DNA of 11,944 nucleotides from Methanocella sp. (GCA_050261115.1 JBLNCY010000002.1:1-11944), one strand, 5' to 3'; positions 1 through 7,875 are shown, counted from the stretch's first letter. Numbers and translations are program-made. Notes: generated by a model from the sequence alone, not told the origin.

Positions 1-1850
1 AGGCACCCCTTATACCAAAGGTACGGGGCTAATTTGCCGAGTTCCCTCGCATTAGTGTATACCCGACACGCCTTAGGTTTCTCGCCTAGGGACACCTGTG
101 TCGGTTCTAGGTACGATCATACAGGATCCTTCTCAGTGTGTTTTTCAGTGGCTCCAGAGATCAGCTAAACCTTCCTAAAACGGATGGCTATTCCCGAGTT
201 CGCCTAGTTCTCGTCATTACGGCACTCCCTAGGTTTATACGGTTAAACAAGGCGAAAACCTTGCTTAGCTTACCCCGAAACGTCAACACTGAGCTTGCGT
301 CGCCGCATGTATCTGTATGGTTCCGGAATTTTAGCCGGATTCCCTTTTTCGGCATAATCGGTTAAGTTATGCCTTAGGATCGACTTACCCCCGGCTGACG
401 ATCGTTGCCGGGGAACCCTGGCCCCTTCGGCGGAGAAGATTCTCACTTCTCTTTGCTGTTACTACCACCGGGATTCGCAATCCTGATCGGTCCACTGGAC
501 CTTACAGCCCAGCTTCTGTCCAATCAGGACGCCTTCCTACCAGCGCAGCTTAAGCTGCGTTCTGAGGTATCAGTAGCTGGCTTAGCCCCGTCAATTTTCG
601 GGGCCGTCAGCCTCGGCGGGTGAGCTGTTACGCTATCTTTGAAGAATGGCTGCTTCTAAGCCTATCTCCCCGCTGTCTGAGGCTGACGACGCCCTTTGGT
701 TTGACATTTAGCCAGCATTTGGGGACTTTAACCTCAGTCTGGGTTGTCCCCCTCTCGGTCGTGGAGCTTACCCCCACTAACCCGCTTCCCAAGGTCTACG
801 GTGCGAGTGGATTCGTAGTTTGAAAGGAAAGTGGACTCTTTCGAATCCTTGTTTTCCAATCAGTGCTCTACCCCACTAGCCGCCTCGCTCGGGACTGGGC
901 TCAGGCCCACTTCGGAAGGAACTAGCTATCACCAGACTAGATTGGTCTTTAGCCCCTAGCCCCAGGTCTGGGGAACAAATTGCACGTTAGAACCCTTTCG
1001 AACCTCCACTAGGCTTTCGCCTAGCTTCGTCCTGCCCAGGGCTAGATCGTCTGGTTTCTAGTATGTATAGTTATGACTTCGGGCCCTTTCAGACCCTGCA
1101 CCTGGCTCCTTGCGGAGTTGCGTGCGTATTGGTTTCCCTTTGCTTACAAGTTTGTAACTTTTAGGCTTGCCATAACTATAAACTCCCCGGCCCGTGTTTC
1201 TAGACGGAGCGCATAACCCTGATCCATCCTCCTCGTACGACTGCATCTCTACAGTTTCCTTCGGAGGACTTCGCTTCTTTGGGGCCATGCACGTCTGTAA
1301 CTGTTTGATTTCAGGCACTTTTCACCCCCATTTCGGGGTACTTTTCAGTTTTCCGTCACCGTACTAGTGCGCTATCGGTCTTAAGATATATTTAGTCTTG
1401 GAAGTTGGTGACTTCCAGCTTTCCATACCGAAGCCACGGTATGGTAGTCTGGGACTCTCGCAATTCTTTCCAGCTTACGTTTACGGGGCTATCACCCTCT
1501 TTGGCAGGTCTTTTCAGGCCATTTCAACTTCACCAGAGAAGAGGTACGCGAGGCCCTTAACCCTACATCTCCGAAGCATTTCTGCTTAGGATTCGGTTTG
1601 GACTGTTCCCATTTCGCTCGCTGCTACTAAGGGAATCCCGTGTTGGTTTCTTTTCCTCCCCCTACTAAGATGCTTCCGTTCGGGGGGTTCCCGCTCCGTT
1701 AAGGAGCAAACATCCTTGCGGATGATGAGAAGTCTCATTTGGGTATCCTCGGATCTAAGGCTGCATGCGCTTACCCGAGGCTGTATCGCGGCTTGCCGCG
1801 CCCTTCATCGGTTCTTAAGCCGAGCCATCCTTCAAACAGCGTGGCATGTT
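1..1850 (-). rRNA. rrl: 23S rRNA gene, 5' portion (runs off the window at position 1)
   Basis: Reverse complement shows archaeal LSU landmarks: 5' GGATGGCTCGGCT..CCGATGAAGGGCGCGGCAAGCCGCGATA (~1785-1830), CCCTTAGTAGCAGCGAGCGAA (~1613-1633), GACCGATAGCGCACTAGTACGGTGACGGAAA (~1350-1380), GTPase-centre AGAAGCAGCCATTCTTCAAAGATAGCGTAACAGCTCA (~621-657), GGAACTCGGCAAATTAGCCCCGTACC (~20-45). The 5' end is approximate. Confidence 0.98.
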
Positions 1851-2205
1851 ACGGGCCAATGGTAGTGTCTGTTTGGCGTTTGGTGAAACACATATTGTAT
1901 TTCAAATTAAGTGTTTGGCGTCGTTGTATATGTTTGACCTGTGCATGGTGTCATTTTGAGCGTCCAGTAGAGGATCCGCCCATTCACCGCTTCACCCCTC
2001 ATCGTGTTCTGGTGAGGGGCTGCATCGTTATTTTGCGTGTAACCCATGTTACTGGGATTGCATATGAAGCATCCACCACGAATATAAGGGTTTTGTTTCA
2101 CTTATTTCGTGATTACCGTTGACGCTTTAGGCGTCAAGGCGCTTCACTAACGCGTTGCACCCCACTTTTTGTTGGGATACAACCCCGTTTTTCAGGGAAT
2201 ACATC
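1851..2205 (-). ncRNA. Structured 5' external transcribed leader / processing region of pre-23S rRNA
   Basis: Hairpins at 1958-1981, 1995-2019, 2077-2111, 2119-2137 and 2154-2183, plus a closing helix 2065-2070 with 2141-2146. The 2154-2183 stem is fully paired only as minus-strand RNA (G-U pairs), matching rRNA orientation. Confidence 0.65.
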
Positions 2206-2220
2206 AAGTCTACAAACCAC

Positions 2221-2230
2221 CATATATACA
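2221..2230 (-). promoter_or_regulatory. Putative proximal TATA box for the 23S transcript
   Basis: Minus strand TGTATATATG, about 25-30 nt upstream of where the structured leader begins (~2197). Confidence 0.5.
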
Positions 2231-2548
2231 TGTCGCACCATATAGCACAAGTCTGTGCTTTTTTGTTCCAGTTACAACCAACACGAATTGTTATTTAAGT
2301 CCATTTTCGTATTTTTTATTATAATTTCAATCCACCCCCAAAACAGCACCAAAACACCAAACCTAACACTATTTGACCATGAAATTACCATGCATAACAT
2401 ACTCAAACGGGGGACAAACCGCAAGTTATGAGACCGTTTGCGGGGGGCAGCACCCAAGTCTTGAGCATCTATTGCGGCGGGCGGAGAACTATCCACAGCA
2501 CCTCCGTTCTTTGCCTAACTGACATCTTGCTCTCTGCACCTACCCCCC

Positions 2549-2585
2549 TATATAGAGTCAATCAAGGGTTGAACCTAAGCTTGAA
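2549..2585 (-). promoter_or_regulatory. Conserved 37-bp TATA-containing element, copy 1 (upstream of 23S rRNA)
   Basis: Minus strand TTCAAGCTTAGGTTCAACC-CTTGA-TTGACTCTATATA; 31/37 identical, ungapped, to 8026-8062. Confidence 0.65.
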
Positions 2586-2845
2586 CAAACCACAGATGTC
2601 CACCCACCAAAAAGACAGTGCCACACTAAGCATATACAAATAACCACAAAAAAGCCTGTAGCCCAGACAACAGCTATCTAGACTACCTTGCCCGTCTTCC
2701 ATGGAAAGACACCAAGTCAGTTAACAAACAGCCACAACACTTAGCACAGCCACCGCAGCCTTTTACCAACTCAATGGCGCGCCTAAGTAGCCTTATCAAC
2801 AAACCTAACCGAGCTTCGTTTACGCAAATAAAACACCATAAAGCC

Positions 2846-3605
2846 TTACAAAACCACGATAGCGCCCAACAGTATAAGAAGGCTTATCCCCAGCAAATCC
2901 AAGCCAAACAGGGCAGACTCACCAGAAGGCGGGCTGCTGGTTGTTGGGTTTTGTGACGAATTAGTAGGTGCAGCCGTGGAGGTTTCATCGGTTGCGGCGT
3001 CCCAGCTTAGGGTTATGGTTTGTGTGCTGCTCCAACCGCTTGTTTCACCGTCAAAACCCACGTAAACATTTCCAACGGGTTAGTCGTGCTACTGTTGGAT
3101 TCTCTATGAACGTAACCTGCAAGCGCTTCCACTTGTAAGTCGATTTCGGCATTCAAAGGAAGCCCGCTGAGTGGGCCGACAGACAAATGAGAGTCTGAAA
3201 CTGAGTATGGGAAAGATATTACGGTATTCTCTGAGTCCAGTTGGGCGTAGTAGGGGGTAACGGTGGGGTTGTAGAGGGTTAGCCAGTCTTCACCATAATG
3301 CCCCTTCATCCGGACATTGTAGAAGAGCGAAATGTTCCAGCCTTCAATGTTGGTGGAGACAAAGGTTGATTCTTTATCACCAACTCAACAGACATGTTTG
3401 TGACGCGGTGACTGGGATGCGTTATGGTTTCGCCTGTGTAGGGGTCTGTTGAGTAAGTCGTTGGAACATCATACGAATTATCCACTAATCTTATCGTAAA
3501 TTCTGGAACAGAAGGCTTGGTTACTTCTGAATGTACAGGCTCGATAAATAGTAGGCTTGAAGCAACCAATAAAGTGGTAAGCATTAAGGCAATAGTTTTG
3601 CGCAT
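2846..3605 (-). CDS. Exported, C-terminally membrane-anchored hypothetical protein (~250 aa), split into three ORFs by two homopolymer frameshifts
   Basis: Signal peptide MRKTIALMLTTLLVASSLL, then KPSVPEFT..DPYTG. One extra T (minus strand) at 3361-3363 gives KNQPFVSTNIEGWNISLFYNVRMKGHYGEDW; one extra T at 3053-3056 gives FTWVFDGETSGWSSTQTITL. A Ser/Thr/Pro linker and terminal hydrophobic helix LLGISLLILLGAIVVL follow. Confidence 0.8.
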
Positions 3606-3653
3606 ATTTTACGTTTGGAAGGGGAGTGAAATATAATTTACTCAAAACGCTGG

Positions 3654-4817
3654 TTATGGCAGGGTTGAGTTCCAGTAATACACGGCGCTATAAATCTCGG
3701 GGAGCGTATAGTCGGGGTCATCGTAGGCGATGTCTAGCTTGTGCCCATACGTTTCTAGTAGCTGCATCGCTTTATCCCAGATGACTGCCGAGTTTTCATC
3801 AGGCTCCCAGAAACCCCAAATCGTATCATCCGCCGATCGCAACCCAAACCCATAGTTTTGGGGTAGAATCAGGACGGCTTCGGGTTTTGTCTTCTGCGTT
3901 ATTTTGCCCTCTGCGATGTCAGCCCATATCTGCTCTAGCGCCTCGAAGTGCTCATCCTCCATAATGCCATATCCGCCGCTTTCTTCGTAGGGGTAGTTGA
4001 ATATGGTGAGGTATTTTGCGCCTGCCTCATAGCAAGCCCGCATCTGCTCATAGATTTTTGGGCCGCTCTCAAGATAAGGCGGCTGCGTGTTGGTCCAAGT
4101 GACAATTATACCCCAGTCTTTCTGCTGAAAATTCGCTGCCCCCCGCACCAACGCAATCTCCTTCTCTATCCGGGTGTTGTTCCAGCCGACTTCAGCAAAG
4201 ACCACGTCGTAGCCGAAGTGGTAGTCAAACCAGTAGAGAGCGTAGTCTGAGCAGTACATGGGGATGCTTGCGTTTTTTAGGAAAACTATGCCCTGTTCCC
4301 TCTGGAAGCTGCGCTTAAATCGTTCTGCGACAGAGTCGTAGGTTTCGTTGTCAAATAGTCCCCAGCCTACGGCGGTTTTGTTTGTGTCAAGAAATATGCC
4401 GCCTGGTTCATCATAGTAGTAGATGCCTAAGAGTTGCTCACCATATGCTCCTTTGGCGTTGATTACCCAAGTGTTACGCCATGCCAATCCCTGGGGAGCA
4501 AGCAGTCTAGGCGACAAATCCCCAAAGTAAACGATTAGGTTTAGGCCAGATTGGTAGGCGTAGTCGCAGATTTCGGTGAGAGCGGTCTCGTTGATGCTTA
4601 CGGGCCCCGACTGGACGATGAAGAGGTTGGTGTAGTTTTTTGTGCGGTCAATGATGGCTTTGGCTTGCTCAACGGTGTTTCCGCCGAATGCCACCCCAAT
4701 GTAGGGAGGATTAACCTCAAAGGGAGTAACAGGTGTCTGTTGAAAAAGCAAAACCGCTAAAAGAGCAACTAAGAGCAACGTTGAAGCGGCTGCGATTAGG
4801 CGTTTCATATACTCCAT
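3654..4817 (-). CDS. N-terminally anchored/secreted hypothetical protein, possible glycoside-hydrolase-like TIM barrel
   Basis: 387-aa ORF with N-terminal hydrophobic helix, alternating beta/alpha pattern, GIYYYDEPGG and VVFAEVGW motifs, rich in Tyr/Trp. The fold call is inference. Confidence 0.8.
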   Translation of the reverse strand: MEYMKRLIAAASTLLLVALLAVLLFQQTPVTPFEVNPPYIGVAFGGNTVEQAKAIIDRTKNYTNLFIVQSGPVSINETALTEICDYAYQSGLNLIVYFGDLSPRLLAPQGLAWRNTWVINAKGAYGEQLLGIYYYDEPGGIFLDTNKTAVGWGLFDNETYDSVAERFKRSFQREQGIVFLKNASIPMYCSDYALYWFDYHFGYDVVFAEVGWNNTRIEKEIALVRGAANFQQKDWGIIVTWTNTQPPYLESGPKIYEQMRACYEAGAKYLTIFNYPYEESGGYGIMEDEHFEALEQIWADIAEGKITQKTKPEAVLILPQNYGFGLRSADDTIWGFWEPDENSAVIWDKAMQLLETYGHKLDIAYDDPDYTLPEIYSAVYYWNSTLP

Positions 4818-4944
4818 GCAGTTATAGGCAGAGGAGTTTTTAAACCCAACAGTGACGGCCCCAAAAAGAGTTAATTAAAAAAGCGGCGGAGTTACTGGTC
4901 CTTCTGTTTTGCGGTGGACTGTGTACAGTAACTTTTATTTAAGT

Positions 4945-4954
4945 AAAGTTTTAT
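4945..4954 (+). promoter_or_regulatory. Putative BRE/TATA for tRNA-Thr
   Basis: AAAG-TTTTAT ending 30 nt upstream of the tRNA 5' end; a second AT-rich box lies at 4933-4942. Confidence 0.4.
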
Positions 4955-4983
4955 GTGTTGTGTGTTCTGGGCAAAGTTTGGGT

Positions 4984-5057
4984 GCCTCGATAGCTCAGCC
5001 CAGTAGAGCGGCTGCCTTGTAAGCAGCAGGCCGCGGGAGCAAGGCCCGCTCGAGGCT
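4984..5057 (+). tRNA. tRNA-Thr(UGU), intronless, no encoded CCA, non-canonical D- and T-loops
   Basis: Acceptor GCCTCGA/TCGAGGC with discriminator T; D stem GCTC/GAGC; anticodon stem GCTGC/GCAGC with loop CT-TGT-AA; variable region AGGCC; T stem GCGGG/CCCGC. Confidence 0.95.
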
Positions 5058-5068
5058 CTCAAAAAAGC

Positions 5069-5091
5069 TTCTTTTTGGAAATTTTCTTTTT
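5069..5091 (+). terminator. Oligo-T archaeal terminator after the tRNA
   Basis: TTCTTTTT and TTTTCTTTTT tracts directly downstream of the tRNA. Confidence 0.5.
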
Positions 5092-5212
5092 GGCAGTCTA
5101 TGTGTTGATGTTACTAGCCGCATGACTAACATTGAACGCTTTTTCAGAGAGAGCAACAAAAAGATAGTGGCAGTTTTTAGACAGAGGGTAAAAACAGAGG
5201 TAAATGCGGGGG

Positions 5213-5461
5213 TTAAGCTTCGGGTTCTTCCTCTTTGGCTGCAAGTTTAGCCTTTATTGCTTTGGTGTCAGTAATGAGTAGTCTGTATTTGCGGGCTTGG
5301 GTTGAGACGATATCGTTCTCAAAGAGCTTCTTTAGGGACCGGAAGATCTTTTTGGATGACTCGCCGGTTTTGTCAGCTATTTCTTGCAGAGTTAATTCTT
5401 TTTCAGCTTGTAAGGTGGCTACTACTTTCTCGTCAGTCTTGTTGAGTTTCACTTTTTTCAT
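5213..5461 (-). CDS. Small stand-alone winged helix-turn-helix DNA-binding protein (82 aa)
   Basis: LNKTDEKVVATL..ELTLQEIADKTGESSKKIFRSLKKLFENDIV..ARKYRL follows the wHTH pattern; Lys-rich; G-rich SD-like AGGGGT directly before the ATG. Confidence 0.85.
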   Translation of the reverse strand: MKKVKLNKTDEKVVATLQAEKELTLQEIADKTGESSKKIFRSLKKLFENDIVSTQARKYRLLITDTKAIKAKLAAKEEEPEA

Positions 5462-5566
5462 ACCCCTGACTGTACTGGTGTATGGGTCACTATTGGTAAG
5501 AGTTTGCTAATGTAGTTTACGGTGACCTAAAGCGGCTTTTTGCTAGGCGTGATTAAAAGAGGGGTA

Positions 5567-5773
5567 TTATGTGAGTTCATCGGTCCTTGCTGGTTTCTTT
5601 TCGGGTGCCACTTTGAGGCCGTGGTACTCATACATGATGCGTAGGGCATCTCGGATGGCTTCGTTGCGGCTATTGTAGACGCCTTTGTCGATGAGTGTGT
5701 TTAGGAGATCAAGGTATCGTTTGGTTAATCGTATGGTTATGCGTTCTCTTTTGTTGCCGTCTGATAGGGACAT
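5567..5773 (-). CDS. Ribbon-helix-helix (CopG/Arc/MetJ) transcription regulator, CdrS-like, 68 aa
   Basis: ERITIRLTKRYLDLLNTLIDKGVYNSRNEAIRDALR is a typical RHH. Start moved to ATG 5773, which has a GGTGA SD and an upstream TATA box inside the longer track ORF. Confidence 0.88.
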   Translation of the reverse strand: MSLSDGNKRERITIRLTKRYLDLLNTLIDKGVYNSRNEAIRDALRIMYEYHGLKVAPEKKPARTDELT

Positions 5774-5812
5774 ATGCTTCACCGTTGCTTGTAGTTCTGT
5801 CGTGGCAGTCAA

Positions 5813-5834
5813 CATATAAGTGCTTGTCAGACAA
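5813..5834 (-). promoter_or_regulatory. TATA box plus adjacent palindrome TTGTC-N-GACAA upstream of the RHH gene
   Basis: Minus strand TTGTCTGACAA-GCA-CTTATATG, about 40 nt upstream of ATG 5773. Confidence 0.55.
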
Positions 5835-5910
5835 ACAGTTACCACAGAACAGCCATTATAGTGTTGAAGTATACCCAACATTCAGGAACTGAATAAAAAT
5901 CTATCGGTAA

Positions 5911-6534
5911 CTAAACCCCAAGCTGACCCATAAGCACACGGAACCCACTATCACGAGACAACACCTCAAAGTTACCAAACGCCGCCCTAAACACCTCCGG
6001 CAGCGATTTAGCGCCGATCTTGCTTCGGATAACCATCTGAAACCTTCCGCCCGGCTTCATAACTTTGGGGGCGCCCTCTATGATTGATCTAACTATATCC
6101 ATCCCTGCGCTTACCGGCGGATTGGAAAGCACACAATCAAACTGCAGCTGCTCCACAGGCTCATAGAGATATCCATAGAGCACCTCAGCGTTGCGGATAT
6201 GGTTGGCTTCTATGTTCTGTCGGGCTAAGCGTACAGCGCGCATGTTCACGTCGGTCATTATAACTTGCAGTTTAGGGTTTAATGCTGCCGCGGTTATTCC
6301 GACGGCGCCATAGCCGCAGCCTATGTCTAAAATCTGCCCCGACTCAGGCAGCACCATGGCGTCGATGAGGACATGGGTGCCTAAATCTATCTTTTTCTTG
6401 GAAAACACACTGCTTGAGGTAAGGAACTCAAAGTTGAGGCCCCGAAGAGTAGCCTTCACAATGCCGAAGCGGTCATCACAGGAGGGTTCAGAAGAGAAGT
6501 AATGGTCTGGGCCTCTATGGGGTTTCTTGCTCAT
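5911..6534 (-). CDS. Class I SAM-dependent methyltransferase, RsmC/MTS family (probable RNA methyltransferase)
   Basis: HYFS N-terminus, VFSKKKIDLGT, ILDIGCGYG (motif I), SNPP (motif IV). ATG 6534 preferred over GTG 6546; overlaps the end of cbf5. Confidence 0.9.
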   Translation of the reverse strand: MSKKPHRGPDHYFSSEPSCDDRFGIVKATLRGLNFEFLTSSSVFSKKKIDLGTHVLIDAMVLPESGQILDIGCGYGAVGITAAALNPKLQVIMTDVNMRAVRLARQNIEANHIRNAEVLYGYLYEPVEQLQFDCVLSNPPVSAGMDIVRSIIEGAPKVMKPGGRFQMVIRSKIGAKSLPEVFRAAFGNFEVLSRDSGFRVLMGQLGV

Positions 6535-7543
6535 CGTCTTTGCCACTGGATTTCCAGGTTTTGGGATAGGTGTTTCGGGGCATCAGGACGCGGGCAAGGG
6601 TTGCGGCGACGCCGCGTTTCATGTCAAGTATCTGCTGGGTGGATGCTTGGGCTCTGCCTAATGCGATGGCTTCGCCTTTAAGGGTGAATATGCTGACTAT
6701 GTTGCTTTTCTCTATGCCGCTGTCGATTTGGCATATGCCTGGGGCGGTTAGGTTTGCGCCGTGACAAAGCGCATCTACGGCTGAGTCGCGGACGACGATC
6801 TTGGGGAGCTGCATCAAGGCGGTTTCCATGGGTTCGATGAATTTACATAGATACGCTACGTCTTTGGTGCGTTCATACTCGCTAAAGTAGTAAGCGACGT
6901 CATGAAGAGTGACACATTTGCCGCTATTCTCCGTAAACGGCCCTGCGCGTGTGCGTCGCAGTTCCTGCATGTGACCGCCCACACCTAAAATTTCGCCGAC
7001 ATCAAAGCATAGTTTGCGGATGTATGTCCCGCCCTCGCAGCCCACTTTGAACAGCACCAACCGCCCCTCTTTTTGGATATAGTCTATGTAGTAGATGCGT
7101 CTTGTACGCAGCTGCCGCTTAACCGAGCTACGCAGAGGCGGACGCTGATAAATCTCATCTTCAAAAAGGCTAAGAACATGCTTAACCCGCGGCTCATCTA
7201 CGTCGCCATGGAGTTTTAGCACGCAAACGTATTCTTTGCCGCTGTAGAGTAGCGCCTGAACCATCTTGGTTGCCTCCTCTAATGTGATGGGTAGGATGCC
7301 TGTGACTTTAGGGTCAAGGGTGCCGCCGTGGCCGATAGTGTTTATTTTCAAGATTTTTCGAGTCCAAGCGGCAACTTCATGGCTGGTAGGGCCGGCGGGT
7401 TTATCGAGATTGATGGTGCCGAATTTGATGAGTTGTTTAGCGCTGCGTTCGCTTGGTTTGCAGCCGTATTTGGGGTCGGTGGAGTCTTCGGCTTTGGTGA
7501 GTAATTCACGTTTGATTTCCCATGGAGGTATGGTTCGAGGCAT
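6515..7543 (-). CDS. cbf5: H/ACA RNA-guided and tRNA pseudouridine synthase Cbf5 (TruB family, PUA domain)
   Basis: INLDKPAGPTSHEV, GHGGTLDPKVTG (catalytic Asp), YQRPPLRSSVKRQLR, GTYIRKLC, MQELRRTR, C-terminal PUA domain. Confidence 0.97.
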   Translation of the reverse strand: MPRTIPPWEIKRELLTKAEDSTDPKYGCKPSERSAKQLIKFGTINLDKPAGPTSHEVAAWTRKILKINTIGHGGTLDPKVTGILPITLEEATKMVQALLYSGKEYVCVLKLHGDVDEPRVKHVLSLFEDEIYQRPPLRSSVKRQLRTRRIYYIDYIQKEGRLVLFKVGCEGGTYIRKLCFDVGEILGVGGHMQELRRTRAGPFTENSGKCVTLHDVAYYFSEYERTKDVAYLCKFIEPMETALMQLPKIVVRDSAVDALCHGANLTAPGICQIDSGIEKSNIVSIFTLKGEAIALGRAQASTQQILDMKRGVAATLARVLMPRNTYPKTWKSSGKDDEQETP

Positions 7544-7605
7544 CTGCAGTGGATTCTCCTAGAGTAGGGTAAGAAAAAGAATTCGTGGTATTAAAGGTTA
7601 AAAGT

Positions 7606-7875
7606 TTAGAATAGAAGCGTCATTTCTTCGGTTAAGCCTGCGGCCTCTATCGCCTGAGTAACCTCATCGTCTGAGGCGCCCCGCTTAACGTCGATTTTGT
7701 CTTCGAGGGGCATGAGATGGTTTATGTTGGCGCGTCTGCGTTTAACGCCGGTTAACTTTTTGGGTCCGGTGACGAGTACGAAGCTTTTGTCCATGACGTC
7801 GATGATGACGCATTTGGTGCAGCATTCGCGGCCGCCTTGTTTGACGCATATTCTGCCGACTTCAATAGCTGGCAT
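7606..7875 (-). CDS. rpl14e: 50S ribosomal protein eL14 (L14e)
   Basis: MPAIEVGRICVK..GRE...KCVIIDVMDKSFVLVTGPKKLTGVKRRRANINHL; sits directly upstream of cbf5, as is common in archaea. Confidence 0.96.
   Translation of the reverse strand: MPAIEVGRICVKQGGRECCTKCVIIDVMDKSFVLVTGPKKLTGVKRRRANINHLMPLEDKIDVKRGASDDEVTQAIEAAGLTEEMTLLF

Noticed and set aside
1-1850. Intron or large intervening sequence in the 23S fragment
   Set aside because: Landmark spacing looks compatible with an uninterrupted archaeal 23S, and there is no homing-endonuclease ORF. Judged by eye, not by alignment.
138-2122. Short ORFs 138-365, 405-623, 620-823, 1058-1318, 1398-1589, 1739-2122 and 1907-2101
   Set aside because: They overlap the 23S rRNA gene or its structured leader and show no protein motifs.
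2272-2496. 74-aa minus-strand ORF preceded by GGAGGTG
   Set aside because: The SD-like sequence almost abuts the GTG and sits in a hairpin; the product runs into AT-rich promoter-like DNA and has no recognisable features. Not fully excluded.
2428-2956. Plus-strand ORFs 2428-2643 and 2774-2956
   Set aside because: No motifs; they overlap the conserved element or lie antisense to the surface-protein gene.
5774-5881. N-terminal 36-aa extension of the RHH ORF
   Set aside because: It spans the TATA box and palindrome; ATG 5773 has a proper SD.
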